Positions 25,970-36,247 of a stretch of DNA of 64,000 bases are shown here, one piece after another (positions within the stretch are counted from its first letter, which is position 1; every line of letters starts with the position of its first letter). This stretch comes from an uncultured Rickettsiales bacterium. GTDB lineage: Bacteria; Pseudomonadota; Alphaproteobacteria; Rickettsiales; SXRF01. Below the pieces are notes generated by a model. The model was not told the origin of the DNA and did no database searches. It was given only the letters and a program-made list of their open reading frames with translations. Where the stretch lies: assembly GCA_964535825.1 (NCBI GenBank), contig CAZHUC010000002.1, positions 74,671 through 138,670 on the forward strand, in the 5' to 3' direction. The position numbers were made by a program, and so were the translations under genes.

Positions 25970-27271
25970 TTATATATCCAGATAAGTGTTACGCTCCCAG
26001 TCAGACACATGGCCGAGATAACGCTTCCATTCTGCGCGCTTGAGTTTGATGTAGCTGTCTACGAACTCTGTACCCATAAAGCTGCGGAGAGCCTTTGAAT
26101 TATCCAGAATATCAAGCGCTTCGTTAAGTGTTTGTGGCAACTTCTTTGCACCTGCCACAGGGTTTTCATACATGTTATTCTCCATGCGCTTACCCGGGCT
26201 GATCTTTTCCTTGATACCCTCAAGACCTGCCGCCAGCACGGCTGCCGGCAAAAGATATGGGTTAGCTGCTCCGTCCGGCAAGCGGAATTCGAAACGATCA
26301 CCATCGGGGATACGCACCATGTGCGTACGATTATTACCGGTGTATGAAATGGTATTTGGTGACCATGTTGCGCCTGACGCGGTCACGGGTGCATTGATAC
26401 GCTTGTAGCTGTTGACGGTCGGATTGCTGATGGCACAGACAGCCGATGCCTCTCTTAGTACCCCGCCAAGGAAGTAGTATGCATTCTTGGAAAGTCCCGC
26501 CTCACCTTTCGCATCAACGAAGATATTTTTCTTACCCGTCGCATCCCAAAGCGAGAAATGCATATGACAGCCATTACCCGTAAGACCGGAGAACGGCTTC
26601 GGCATGAAACTCGCACGCATCCCGGCTTTTTCCGCCAGTGAGCGTACCATGAATTTGAAGAACGCGTGACGGTTGGCAGTGGTCATGCAGTCGGCATATC
26701 CCCAGTTCATCTCAAACTGGCCGTTGCCGTCTTCATGATCGTTCTGGTAAGGATTCCAGCCGAGCGCATGCATGGTGTCGCAGATTTCGCTGATGAGATC
26801 GTATCGGCGCATCAGTGCATGCTGGTCGTAGCAAGGCTTCGCTTGTGTATCCAGCATATCCGCAACGGCTGAACCATTCGCATCCAGCAGGAAGAATTCA
26901 CACTCAACGCCGGTCTTCAATACATAACCTTCTTTGCGTGCACGCTGCATCACCTGCTTGAGCACATGGCGCGGCGCATGCGAAACGACCTTGCCGTCCA
27001 TGACCAGATCACTGGTGACCCATGCCACATCTTTCTGCCACGGCAGCTGGATGAGGCTATCGGCATCCGGCATTGCGAAGGTATCAGAATCTGCTGGCGT
27101 CATATCCAGATGTGTTGCAAAGCCTGCAAAGCCTGCGCCTGCTTTCTGCATATCCTTGATCGCATGTGCAGGTACTAATTTCGAACGCATCACACCGAAC
27201 ATATCGGTAAAGCTGATCAAAAAATATTTGATACCTTTCTTGCGTGCAATATCACTCAAATCTACAGCCAT
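25970..27271 (-). CDS. glutamine synthetase family protein, GlnT / gamma-glutamyl-amine ligase-like
   Basis: MAVDLSDIARKKGIKYFLISFTDMFGVMRSKLVP...GVECEFFLL...NGCHMHFSLW resembles GlnT/GmaS-type GS. ATG 27271 lies 11 nt after the upstream stop. Confidence 0.75.
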   Translation of the reverse strand: MAVDLSDIARKKGIKYFLISFTDMFGVMRSKLVPAHAIKDMQKAGAGFAGFATHLDMTPADSDTFAMPDADSLIQLPWQKDVAWVTSDLVMDGKVVSHAPRHVLKQVMQRARKEGYVLKTGVECEFFLLDANGSAVADMLDTQAKPCYDQHALMRRYDLISEICDTMHALGWNPYQNDHEDGNGQFEMNWGYADCMTTANRHAFFKFMVRSLAEKAGMRASFMPKPFSGLTGNGCHMHFSLWDATGKKNIFVDAKGEAGLSKNAYYFLGGVLREASAVCAISNPTVNSYKRINAPVTASGATWSPNTISYTGNNRTHMVRIPDGDRFEFRLPDGAANPYLLPAAVLAAGLEGIKEKISPGKRMENNMYENPVAGAKKLPQTLNEALDILDNSKALRSFMGTEFVDSYIKLKRAEWKRYLGHVSDWERNTYLDI

Positions 27272-27282
27272 TGTTCTCTCCC

Positions 27283-29055
27283 TTATGCAGCTTTGCTTTG
27301 TGCGCCAGCGCGTACACACTGTTCGATCCACAATTGTGTCATGACCAGCGTGCGCAGTGCGCGTGTATGGTTCTTCGCGCCGGATGTGTGTTCACCTAGC
27401 ATTGCGAGTATCTCTTTTTTATTCATATAATTCTCATCCACGCGCGCAAGCGTATCATGTGCCCAGTCATACAGCGTGGATTTTATCCATTCCCCAATCG
27501 GAAGTGTCGGCATGGATTTCTTTTTGAAGATCAGATCGCGCGGGAATTTCTGCACCGCATAGTTCTTCAGATAATATTTACCGATACCATCGCGGAACTT
27601 CTGGTTCACCGGCAGGCGTATGAACAATTCACTGACGCGGTGGTCGATGAGTGGTGAACGCCCCTCGGTAGACCAGCATGCCCCCATGCGGTCACCCTTC
27701 ACCAGATTATTGCCCGGCATCAGGCTGGTGCACTCATACGCCACGATCTGCTCCACCGGTTCAAGCTCACGCCAAGGCGCAAGTATCTGCTCAAAACGAT
27801 TTACCGGATCCGGTGTAGCGCGATCAAAATCAGGATTCAGCAAGCGCGCGCGCATGGGCGCATCCATGTAGCAGATCACATTGAAATAATTGGCGAGCGA
27901 GAAATTCATCCGCGCCTGTTCATGGAAATATTGTTCATTATGACGGAATCCTGCCAGCGCTTCATCCGGACCGTCACCCGTGAACATAACGATCTTCTTA
28001 CCCTGATGTGCGCGCTGCGCGAGCAGGTAGAACAGGAAGAACGAGAAGTCACCATGCGGCTGCTCAGCATGATACACCACCTTATCGGCAATGCCCGGTA
28101 TCATATCAGGTGTGATGCGCGCTTCCTGCAGGTCGATATCCAGAAGCTTTGCCACCTGCTCGGAATATTCATATTCTGAATAATCCTGATTCGGGAAATT
28201 CAGGCCAAATGCACCTATCCTAGGGCGATTCCATTGCTTCTTGAGATGATACGCCACCACCGATGAATCCACACCACCGGAAAGATACATGCCGCCATCC
28301 ACATCGAAACGCATCTGCATGCGCACGGCATCATCAAGCAATGCTTCGAATTCTTCAAACGATGGTGTGCGTTTTTCCTCAGCGAAAGGCCATTGCCAGT
28401 AACGCTTCACTACCGGTTTCTTATCGCCTTCGAATGACAGATATGTACCGGGCTCAAGATGCGTAACACCTTTGAAGCAGGTCTGCGGTGGTGGGCAATA
28501 GTTGAATGCGAACATATCTTTCAGCGCCGAAGGATTCACTTCTGGCTTTAATCCCGGTAGCGCGAACAGCGCCTTCATCTCGCTGGCATAGGCAATACCG
28601 CCCTGATAATCAGCGATAAAGCACGGCTTGATACCCTGACGGTCACGCGCCAGAATACCGCGATCATATTTGGTATCCCAGATGCAGAACGCGAACATAC
28701 CGATCAGGCGTGAAAGCATCTTCTCGCCTTCTTCACGCCACAGATGCACCAGCACTTCAGTATCGCAGCGTGATTTAAATTTATAACCTTTCGCTTTTAA
28801 TTCTTCACGCAGCTCGACGTAATTATATATCTCGCCATTGAAGGTGACCCACACGCTGCCATCCGTGTTCGACATCGGCTGCTTACCGTTCTCAGGATCA
28901 ACCACTGCAAGACGTGCGTGCCCCATTAGCGCGCGTGTGCCGATAGCTTCAACACCGCGTTCATCTACACCGCGATACTGGATCTTTTCTATCATCGCCG
29001 CCACATGAGGGAGCTGTGCTCCTGATGCATTAATGACGCCTGCTATGCCACACAT
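27283..29055 (-). CDS. asparagine synthase (glutamine-hydrolysing) family amidotransferase
   Basis: MCGIAG is the N-terminal nucleophile Cys2, and the PP-loop is YLSGGVDSS. The product is 590 aa. Confidence 0.85.
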   Translation of the reverse strand: MCGIAGVINASGAQLPHVAAMIEKIQYRGVDERGVEAIGTRALMGHARLAVVDPENGKQPMSNTDGSVWVTFNGEIYNYVELREELKAKGYKFKSRCDTEVLVHLWREEGEKMLSRLIGMFAFCIWDTKYDRGILARDRQGIKPCFIADYQGGIAYASEMKALFALPGLKPEVNPSALKDMFAFNYCPPPQTCFKGVTHLEPGTYLSFEGDKKPVVKRYWQWPFAEEKRTPSFEEFEALLDDAVRMQMRFDVDGGMYLSGGVDSSVVAYHLKKQWNRPRIGAFGLNFPNQDYSEYEYSEQVAKLLDIDLQEARITPDMIPGIADKVVYHAEQPHGDFSFFLFYLLAQRAHQGKKIVMFTGDGPDEALAGFRHNEQYFHEQARMNFSLANYFNVICYMDAPMRARLLNPDFDRATPDPVNRFEQILAPWRELEPVEQIVAYECTSLMPGNNLVKGDRMGACWSTEGRSPLIDHRVSELFIRLPVNQKFRDGIGKYYLKNYAVQKFPRDLIFKKKSMPTLPIGEWIKSTLYDWAHDTLARVDENYMNKKEILAMLGEHTSGAKNHTRALRTLVMTQLWIEQCVRAGAQSKAA

Positions 29056-29064
29056 AATCTTTCC

Positions 29065-30519
29065 TTATGCTATTTTCTTACTGTCTGTTGATTCTACTTC
29101 TTTCACCCGTGCCTCGATCTTTCCGATCGATGCAGAATGCGGTGCGGTCTCCACCATCTCTGTATATTGGGTAACTTCTACCAGAACCTTGCGGAATATA
29201 TCGATCAGGTGATCTAGTGATTCTTTGGTTTCTGTTTCGGTCGGCTCGATCAGCATCGCTGATTTCAGATCTTCACCGAAATATACGCACCCTGCACCCA
29301 CCAATGTCGGCGGATGGATAGCGTAATCGATCAGGCGTTTTGCAAAGCTATACACGGAAACTTTTAGTGCATTACCTGAAAGCAAACATTCATGCATGCA
29401 GGTCTTATCGAATACCGCAGGCAAAATATCTTTAAGCTCGGCCTGCACATAATTGGCGTTAAGCACGGCGTTCTCCGAGGCTTCCTTAAGACCGGCTGCA
29501 CCCATGGTGAGGATATACGCGTAGGCACGCGCCATGACCGCCACATGCCCAGCAAATGCTTTCATCCGGCCAATGCTGTGCGGAATATCATGCGCAGGAT
29601 AATAATTTCCATTCGTGCAGGCAGCTACTGGCGCAGGTAAATACTCACGCAGGAATGATTTCACACCTACAGGCCCACCACCCGGTCCACCGCCACCATG
29701 CGGTGTGGAAAGTGTTTTGTGCACGTTGATATGCATTACATCAAAACCCATATCTCCCGGACGGGTAATGCCCATCAGCGCGTTCATATTCGCGCCATCG
29801 TAATACAACAATGATCCGTTATCGTGTGCGAGCTTTGCGATCTCCTGAATACGTTCTTCAAACAATCCAAAGGTCGAAGGATTGGTAAGCATGAATGCCG
29901 CCACATCGCTGGTGAGCGCAGCTTTCAAAGCCTCGATATCCAGCAGGCCATCACGCTGTGTGGGAATGATACGGCAGGTAAATCCCGCCATAGCAGCCGA
30001 TGCCGGATTCGTGCCGTGCGCATTATCAGCGATGAGCACTACATTTCTTTTTTCACCACGCACTTCAAAATATTTGCGGATGATAAGCAGGCCAGCAAGC
30101 TCACCATGTGCACCTGCGGCTGGTTGCAGACTGACAGCATCCATACCGGTGAGTTCTGCGATATAGGATTGCAGATGATAGAACATCTCCCACACACCTG
30201 ACTGCGTATGTGCTGGCTGGTGCGGATGCACATCACGGAATCCTGAAAGATTCGCCAAAGCATCATTGCGTTTCGGATTATATTTCATGGTGCACGAGCC
30301 CAGCGGATACGCCCCGCTATCCACACCATGATTTTCAAGGCTCATTTGCGTGTAATGCCGAACCACCTCTATCTCGGCGAGTTCAGGCAGCGCCGGGGGC
30401 CCTGCACGCAACATGGTTTTATCGTAATACTTGCTGCAGGATTCAGCGCCAAACTCACTATCATTGATAGTGTGGCCACTTGCGCCTGGGCGTGAGATAT
30501 CAAAGATGGTCGGGCGCAT
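29065..30519 (-). CDS. gcvPB: glycine dehydrogenase (aminomethyl-transferring) subunit 2
   Basis: The PLP region is HINVHKTLSTPHGGGGPG. The start overlaps the gcvPA stop (TGATG). Confidence 0.9.
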   Translation of the reverse strand: MRPTIFDISRPGASGHTINDSEFGAESCSKYYDKTMLRAGPPALPELAEIEVVRHYTQMSLENHGVDSGAYPLGSCTMKYNPKRNDALANLSGFRDVHPHQPAHTQSGVWEMFYHLQSYIAELTGMDAVSLQPAAGAHGELAGLLIIRKYFEVRGEKRNVVLIADNAHGTNPASAAMAGFTCRIIPTQRDGLLDIEALKAALTSDVAAFMLTNPSTFGLFEERIQEIAKLAHDNGSLLYYDGANMNALMGITRPGDMGFDVMHINVHKTLSTPHGGGGPGGGPVGVKSFLREYLPAPVAACTNGNYYPAHDIPHSIGRMKAFAGHVAVMARAYAYILTMGAAGLKEASENAVLNANYVQAELKDILPAVFDKTCMHECLLSGNALKVSVYSFAKRLIDYAIHPPTLVGAGCVYFGEDLKSAMLIEPTETETKESLDHLIDIFRKVLVEVTQYTEMVETAPHSASIGKIEARVKEVESTDSKKIA

Positions 30520-31901
30520 CAGGCAAGCACCTCTTTCAACGCAGCTGCGAACGCATCCATGTCCGCGCGGGTTTTCTTTTCAGTCGCGCATACCAGAAGT
30601 GCTGATTGCAACCCAAACCTGCCGGAATAATCGACACCACCAAATATACGGCGTGCTTCCAGCTGCGCCAATACATCCACTGCTGGCTTTGGCAGGGTGA
30701 TGACAAATTCATTGAAGAATGCGCCATTGAATGCAGCTGCAACACCTTTGATCGATGTCAGCTTATCAGCAAGATAATGCGATTTATGGGCATTGAGCGT
30801 TGCAATACGCGCAAACCCCTGCTTGCCAAGACTTGCAAGATAGATCACCGCGCGCAATGCGTTCAGTGCCTGATTCGAGCATATATTGCTGGTAGCACGT
30901 TCACGCGCCACATGTTGTTCACGATCCTCATACACCAGCGCATACGCAAGATTGCCATTGATGTCGGTTACTTTGCCGATCAACCGGCCGGGCACATACG
31001 CGCGATATTCACGCTTGGTCGCGAACACACCAAGGCTCGGGCCACCAGCAGACATTGGAATACCCAGTGGCTGGCCATCGCAGGTGACGATGTCGATGCC
31101 ACACGCACCGGGAGAATGGAATAAGCCCGCCGCTAACGGATTAAACGAACAAGACGATACCACTCCATGACGCGCACAGCTTTTGGCGATCGCTTCAACA
31201 TCTTCAACGATGCCGAGTGCATTCGGAGACTGGAACAGGAAACCCGCTGGTTTGAGGCGTGCCAGCGTTTCATCCAGTTTCTTCACATCAATTTTTCCGG
31301 TCTTGGCATCAAAGGGCATGTCGTGACGCACGACACCACGGCCATCCATATAGCTATCCAGCACCTCGCGGTATTGCGGCCAGAGTGCAGCACTCACCAG
31401 CAATTCACCTTGCGCCTGCTTGCCTGAAATAAGGCAGCACGCCCAGGCGCTATCGGCAAATGCGGTCGCTCCGTCATAGCACGAACCATTCACGACCGGC
31501 AGGCCAGTCACCAGCGCCAGCGATTGCTGATATTCATGCAATGCCTGAAGTAGTCCCTGACTGATCTCAGGCTGGTACGGTGTATATGATGTCAGAAATT
31601 CGCCGCGACTCACCAGCGCATCAACAACGGCTGGAATGTAATGGTCATACGCACCGCCGCCTAAGAAGCTGTTATGCGTCTTTACGGTGGCATTGCGCTC
31701 TGCCAGTTCATGCATATGCCGTTCCAGTTCCCACTCAGGAAGTGCGACCGGCAAATTCAAAAATCCATCCAGACGCAAGGCATCTGGTACATGATCGAAC
31801 AATGCATCGATGGACTTCAGGCCAATGCGCTCAAGCATCGCCTGTTTATCTTCTGGTCGGTGCGTGTTGTAACCGTGCATGGTGGAGGTCTGTGAAGGCA
31901 A
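30519..31901 (-). CDS. gcvPA: glycine dehydrogenase (aminomethyl-transferring) subunit 1
   Basis: The translation reads ...SFLGGGAYDHYIPAVVDALVSRGEFLTSYTPYQPEISQG... The start may be the internal ATG 31880. Confidence 0.9.
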   Translation of the reverse strand: MPSQTSTMHGYNTHRPEDKQAMLERIGLKSIDALFDHVPDALRLDGFLNLPVALPEWELERHMHELAERNATVKTHNSFLGGGAYDHYIPAVVDALVSRGEFLTSYTPYQPEISQGLLQALHEYQQSLALVTGLPVVNGSCYDGATAFADSAWACCLISGKQAQGELLVSAALWPQYREVLDSYMDGRGVVRHDMPFDAKTGKIDVKKLDETLARLKPAGFLFQSPNALGIVEDVEAIAKSCARHGVVSSCSFNPLAAGLFHSPGACGIDIVTCDGQPLGIPMSAGGPSLGVFATKREYRAYVPGRLIGKVTDINGNLAYALVYEDREQHVARERATSNICSNQALNALRAVIYLASLGKQGFARIATLNAHKSHYLADKLTSIKGVAAAFNGAFFNEFVITLPKPAVDVLAQLEARRIFGGVDYSGRFGLQSALLVCATEKKTRADMDAFAAALKEVLA

Positions 31902-32015
31902 AAGAAACCCTGATAACTATATGTTTTTATGACCTACTTATATGCGATGTGCCTGCCAAGTGCAAATCAATGAAGTGTAAATATCTCTTTGAATTATATA
32001 TATTCATTAATTCTT

Positions 32016-33212
32016 TTACGCCTGCATACCCAGTTTCACACTGGAAGGAAGATTGATAACTGACCGCGCCAGTGATTCTGTGCAGGCAAGCTCAGCCCTA
32101 GGCGAGGCTTTATACATGGGCAGATGGTGCAGCGGAGTCCATAGCGGACGGCACACGAAATTCGCCGCATGCAGCGCCTCCAGTGTTTGTTCAAGCCAAC
32201 CATGTCCCGGCTTCTCTGCTTTAAGCGACACCAGCCAGTAATTACTTTTTGTTTTTGCAGGCTCACGAAGTATCTGCATGCCCTTTACCTGCTCGAACGC
32301 CTGTATATAGCGCTCTGCAAGCACGCGTTTGGCAGCAAGGAATGCAGGCATTTGCTCTAACTGTGCGCAGCCAAGTGCTGCATTTAAGTTCGGCAGGCGA
32401 TAATTCCACGCCACCTCATCATGATCGAATGTCCAACGATGTGGTTGCTTCGCTGTCGTCGTCAGGTGTTTAAGTTTTTTATATGTGGCTTCATCATTCG
32501 TAAGCACCGCACCACCGCCACCGGTGGTGATGATCTTATTGCCGTTGAAACTGATGACAGACAGATGCTCGCTGCCGATCTTCCTGCTGTGATACTCCGA
32601 GCCCAGCGCTTCGGTTGCATCTTCAATGAATGCAAGCCCGTACTCATCTGCTATTTTGGCTAGCGCATCGAGCTGGCAGGGATGCCCGAATACATGCACC
32701 GGCATAAGCGCACGAATACGCCGGCCCGTTTGTTTATTTGTGGTCACGCCATTTTTTATCAGCGCGATCTTTTTGAGATAGGCAGAAAGCGCCTCCGGAT
32801 CTACGCCCAGCGATACATCCTCAGCATCCACAAAATGCGGCATACCACCCGCATGCACCACAGCATTGGCAGTAGCCACAAAGGTAAGCGATGGTATCAG
32901 CACTTCTTCATCAGGCTGCAAACCAGATACCACCAGCGCCATCTGTAATGCCGCCGTGCCATTCACGACAACACACGCATGCTTAGCGCCGCAGAACACC
33001 GCCAGATCTTTTTCAAATTTATCTACAAATGCACCAACGGATGAAACCCAGCCATCATCAATGCAGGAAGAAACATATTTTTTTTCATTGCCGGTAAAGA
33101 GTGGCTCATGCAGCATGACCGGCTTATCAGCGCGGCCGATCACCTGCTCGATTGCTGCTATGATATCGGCTGCATGCGGCATAGCGTCAGAGCGTGTAAC
33201 GGTGGACATCAT
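32016..33212 (-). CDS. DegT/DnrJ/EryC1-type PLP sugar aminotransferase (LegC / LLPSF_NHT_00031-like)
   Basis: The translation has LHEPLFTGNEKKYVSSCIDDGWVSS... and the catalytic Lys context SFNGNKIITTGGGGAV. The alternative start 33182 would remove the overlap with the upstream gene. Confidence 0.85.
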   Translation of the reverse strand: MMSTVTRSDAMPHAADIIAAIEQVIGRADKPVMLHEPLFTGNEKKYVSSCIDDGWVSSVGAFVDKFEKDLAVFCGAKHACVVVNGTAALQMALVVSGLQPDEEVLIPSLTFVATANAVVHAGGMPHFVDAEDVSLGVDPEALSAYLKKIALIKNGVTTNKQTGRRIRALMPVHVFGHPCQLDALAKIADEYGLAFIEDATEALGSEYHSRKIGSEHLSVISFNGNKIITTGGGGAVLTNDEATYKKLKHLTTTAKQPHRWTFDHDEVAWNYRLPNLNAALGCAQLEQMPAFLAAKRVLAERYIQAFEQVKGMQILREPAKTKSNYWLVSLKAEKPGHGWLEQTLEALHAANFVCRPLWTPLHHLPMYKASPRAELACTESLARSVINLPSSVKLGMQA

Positions 33213-34200
33213 GATAATGTGCGCGGTTATCAGGTTTTGCGAACCACTCGATACTCTTGGTGAGTCCGGCTTTCAGGCCGTCCTTGCCGGTGAACTGCGA
33301 TTCCCATTTCAGTAGTGATTTTGCCTTGCTGGCATCTGCACATAAACGCTCCACTTCACTTGCATCCGGACGGATGCGGGCATCTTCGGTCTGCACAGAT
33401 AATTTTTTGCCAACGATATCGCCGATGAGTTTCAACGTATCGCCCACAGAGATCTCAAAGCCGCTGCCGATATTGATGGTCTCACCAACCGATGCAGGAT
33501 TATCCAGCACCGCGATCATGCCTTCTGCTGTATCAGCGACATAATTGAAATCGCGCGTTGGATGCAATGAGCCGAGTGATAATTGCGGATTATCACTGAG
33601 TGCCTGAAGAATAATGGTCGGGATAACCGCACGCAGTGACTGGCGCGGGCCATACGTATTGAACGGGCGACAAATGGCAACAGGCACATCAAACGAACGC
33701 TGATATGCGATCGCCATCTGGTCTGCGCCAATTTTACTTGCTGAATATGGCGACTGCCCAACCAGCGGATGCGTCTCCGGAATTGGCACGATCTGCGCCG
33801 AGCCATACACTTCCGAGGTAGAAGTATGCACCACTTTCCTGATTCCCAGATCACGAGCCGCCTGCAATACGTTCAGCGTACCCATCACATTCACATCCAC
33901 ATATGATGCCGGTGCTGCGTATGAATACGGTATCGCGATAAGGGCAGCCAGATGCATGACGGAATCCATACCGCGCATCGCCTCACGCACGGAGAACGGA
34001 TCACGCACATCGCCCATCACCAGCTCTATCTTACTGCGGGTCTTTTCCGGCAATGTATCCAGCCAGCCATAGCGGCCAAAAGAATTATAAAGAGCCATGG
34101 CACGCACCTGCCTGCCCTGCGCCACCAATGCTTCCACAAGGTGCGAGCCAATGAAGCCTTCCGCACCCGTTACTAAAATATTTTGATATTTATCTGTCAT
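33187..34200 (-). CDS. NAD-dependent sugar-nucleotide 4,6-dehydratase/epimerase (LegB / LLPSF_EDH_00030-like)
   Basis: ILVTGAEGFIGSHL is the Rossmann motif and YSASKIGAD is the YxxxK motif. Confidence 0.85.
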   Translation of the reverse strand: MTDKYQNILVTGAEGFIGSHLVEALVAQGRQVRAMALYNSFGRYGWLDTLPEKTRSKIELVMGDVRDPFSVREAMRGMDSVMHLAALIAIPYSYAAPASYVDVNVMGTLNVLQAARDLGIRKVVHTSTSEVYGSAQIVPIPETHPLVGQSPYSASKIGADQMAIAYQRSFDVPVAICRPFNTYGPRQSLRAVIPTIILQALSDNPQLSLGSLHPTRDFNYVADTAEGMIAVLDNPASVGETINIGSGFEISVGDTLKLIGDIVGKKLSVQTEDARIRPDASEVERLCADASKAKSLLKWESQFTGKDGLKAGLTKSIEWFAKPDNRAHYHDVHRYTL

Positions 34201-34268
34201 GCTTGTAATAGTTTGAAATAAGGTATTGTTATATCAGCCACACTGCCCGCTTCAAGTCATTATCTCTT

Positions 34269-34826
34269 ATGTTCAAAACCATTTTTGATCGCACCGTCGC
34301 TTTACTGGCATTAACCGTGCTTCTGATACCGGTATTCATACCTGTATGGATAGTGATACGCGCCACCAGCCGCGGTGACGCCATCTACGGCCAGACGCGT
34401 ATCGGCAAAGGCTGCCAGCCTTTCAAGCTCTATAAATTCCGCTCCATGTATCAAGGGGCAGATGCTCAGGGATTCCAGACACAAGAAGGTGATGCGCGCA
34501 TCACCCCTATCGGCCGTATCCTCCGCAAGACCAGCATTGATGAGCTGCCGCAGCTCTTTAATGTATTGAAAGGCGATATGAGCCTTATCGGCCCACGCCC
34601 TGACACGCCTATGCAGGAAAGCAACTACACACCCGGCAACTGGCAGCTGCGCCACACGGTGCGCCCGGGCATCACAGGGCTCGCCCAGGTCAATGGTCGC
34701 AGCAATATCAGCACAGAGGCACGCCTGGCGTTCGATCTGGAATATGCACGCACACAGAATTTCCTATTAGACATCAGGATATTATTGAAAACCGTACTAA
34801 TCGCTCTGGGTAAGGATGCAAATTGA
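34269..34826 (+). CDS. small monotopic phosphoglycosyl transferase (bacterial sugar transferase, PglC/WbaP C-domain type)
   Basis: A single N-terminal re-entrant helix is followed by ...FKLYKFRSM...RITPIGRILRKTSIDELPQLFNVLKGDMSLIGPRP. Confidence 0.88.
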   Translation: MFKTIFDRTVALLALTVLLIPVFIPVWIVIRATSRGDAIYGQTRIGKGCQPFKLYKFRSMYQGADAQGFQTQEGDARITPIGRILRKTSIDELPQLFNVLKGDMSLIGPRPDTPMQESNYTPGNWQLRHTVRPGITGLAQVNGRSNISTEARLAFDLEYARTQNFLLDIRILLKTVLIALGKDAN

Positions 34827-34894
34827 CCGGCCGTGTTGTGTAATCCGAATTTATGCCCTATAAGCTGCTTTGAAATAAATATACTGAGGCAATA

Positions 34895-36247
34895 ATGAGT
34901 AAAACGTATGTGATCGTAGGTGCAGGTTTCCGTGGTTTTTGTGATGCCATGCAACTGCTTAGCAAAAAAGGCAATAAGGTTTACATCCTGGACCGCGATC
35001 CTTTCTTTGGCGGCATTTCCTACTCCATTAATCTTAAAGGTTTTGCCGTGGATAAAGGAGTGCACATGTTCGACTCCATCCCGCAGGAACTCGCCGATGT
35101 GGTGACCGAGATCATGGATGGCAAAGTGCGCACCATTGATTTCGTTTCTGTCAGCGCGTTCAACAAAATACTGACCGACGGCTATTCGCTGCCTGACCTC
35201 GCCTCACTTGATAGCGCCATCAAAGACCGCATCAAATCAGAACTCCTTGCGCTGGCAAAAACAGGTGGCAACAAACGCACACCTGCCACCCTTGCGGAAT
35301 TGCTGGAAGACCGTTATGGCAAAACGGCCGGCGGTATCTTCTCGCGCATATTCACACATGTTTACAATATCGATGCTTCCAAAGTGCAGCCGGATGCCAT
35401 TTCAAAAACATCGCTGGGTCGCCTGAAATTCCTTGATGATGATGCCATGCTTGCGCTCAAACAATCTGACCCATGGCTGGATAACGTGCTGGCAGCGCGC
35501 CGCAAAGCCATCGGCAAAGTGGATGATCTGGTTTCCATCTACCCTGATTCCGGCGAAGCAATGCGCGGCTGGTGTGACCGTGCCGCCAAATGGCTGGAAG
35601 CCAAAGGCGCAACACTCTGCTTAGGTGAAACCATTCAGGGTATTGAGAATGTCGGCGGCAAGATGGTCATTCAAACCGAGAAGCAGCGCATCGAAGCAGA
35701 CAAGATCATCTGGACGAACGACAACATCAAAGCGCTCGGCTCACTGCTTGGGTTCGACTATGATGCCAGCACACACATGTCTGGCACACCGATGATATTC
35801 GCCACCCTGATAACCGACAAAAACAACATCAAGGATTTCACCTACCTGCAGAATTTTGATCCCGATGGCATCACCTACCGCACCGCATCTGCCGGCATCT
35901 ATAGCGGCCAGACGCGTGATGATGGCGCAAGCTTCATCACCTGCGAATGTCCGGCCAACACGGAATCTGAGACATGGAAGAACGCACCGGAGATGTACGG
36001 CAAGATATGGGATGAATGCAAGGCACTCAATATCGTTTCATCTGATGCTGAGCTGTTAGATCATCACATCATCCGTGCGCCGGTCACATTCAAAGTGGCC
36101 AAACTCGGTTATGACGACAAGATCAAAGAATTCCGCGAAGAAGTCACCAAGCGTAACCCGCGTATTATTTTCCGCGATGTGAAACCATTCTTCCGCCGCG
36201 AAATTTATCTCGACTCTTTCAAGATCCATGATCTGGTAGCGGCATGA
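34895..36247 (+). CDS. FAD/NAD(P)-binding oxidoreductase (amine-oxidase / UDP-galactopyranose-mutase-like fold)
   Basis: The N-terminal dinucleotide motif is YVIVGAGFRG...YILDRDPFFGG. The subfamily is not recognised. Confidence 0.55.
   Translation: MSKTYVIVGAGFRGFCDAMQLLSKKGNKVYILDRDPFFGGISYSINLKGFAVDKGVHMFDSIPQELADVVTEIMDGKVRTIDFVSVSAFNKILTDGYSLPDLASLDSAIKDRIKSELLALAKTGGNKRTPATLAELLEDRYGKTAGGIFSRIFTHVYNIDASKVQPDAISKTSLGRLKFLDDDAMLALKQSDPWLDNVLAARRKAIGKVDDLVSIYPDSGEAMRGWCDRAAKWLEAKGATLCLGETIQGIENVGGKMVIQTEKQRIEADKIIWTNDNIKALGSLLGFDYDASTHMSGTPMIFATLITDKNNIKDFTYLQNFDPDGITYRTASAGIYSGQTRDDGASFITCECPANTESETWKNAPEMYGKIWDECKALNIVSSDAELLDHHIIRAPVTFKVAKLGYDDKIKEFREEVTKRNPRIIFRDVKPFFRREIYLDSFKIHDLVAA

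Noticed and set aside
31902-32015. I looked for a possible glycine riboswitch upstream of gcvPA.
   Set aside because: The leader is only 115 nt and is AT-rich. I found none of the conserved GGAGAG...CACCG...GGGGCAA-type core elements by eye. An Rfam scan would be decisive.
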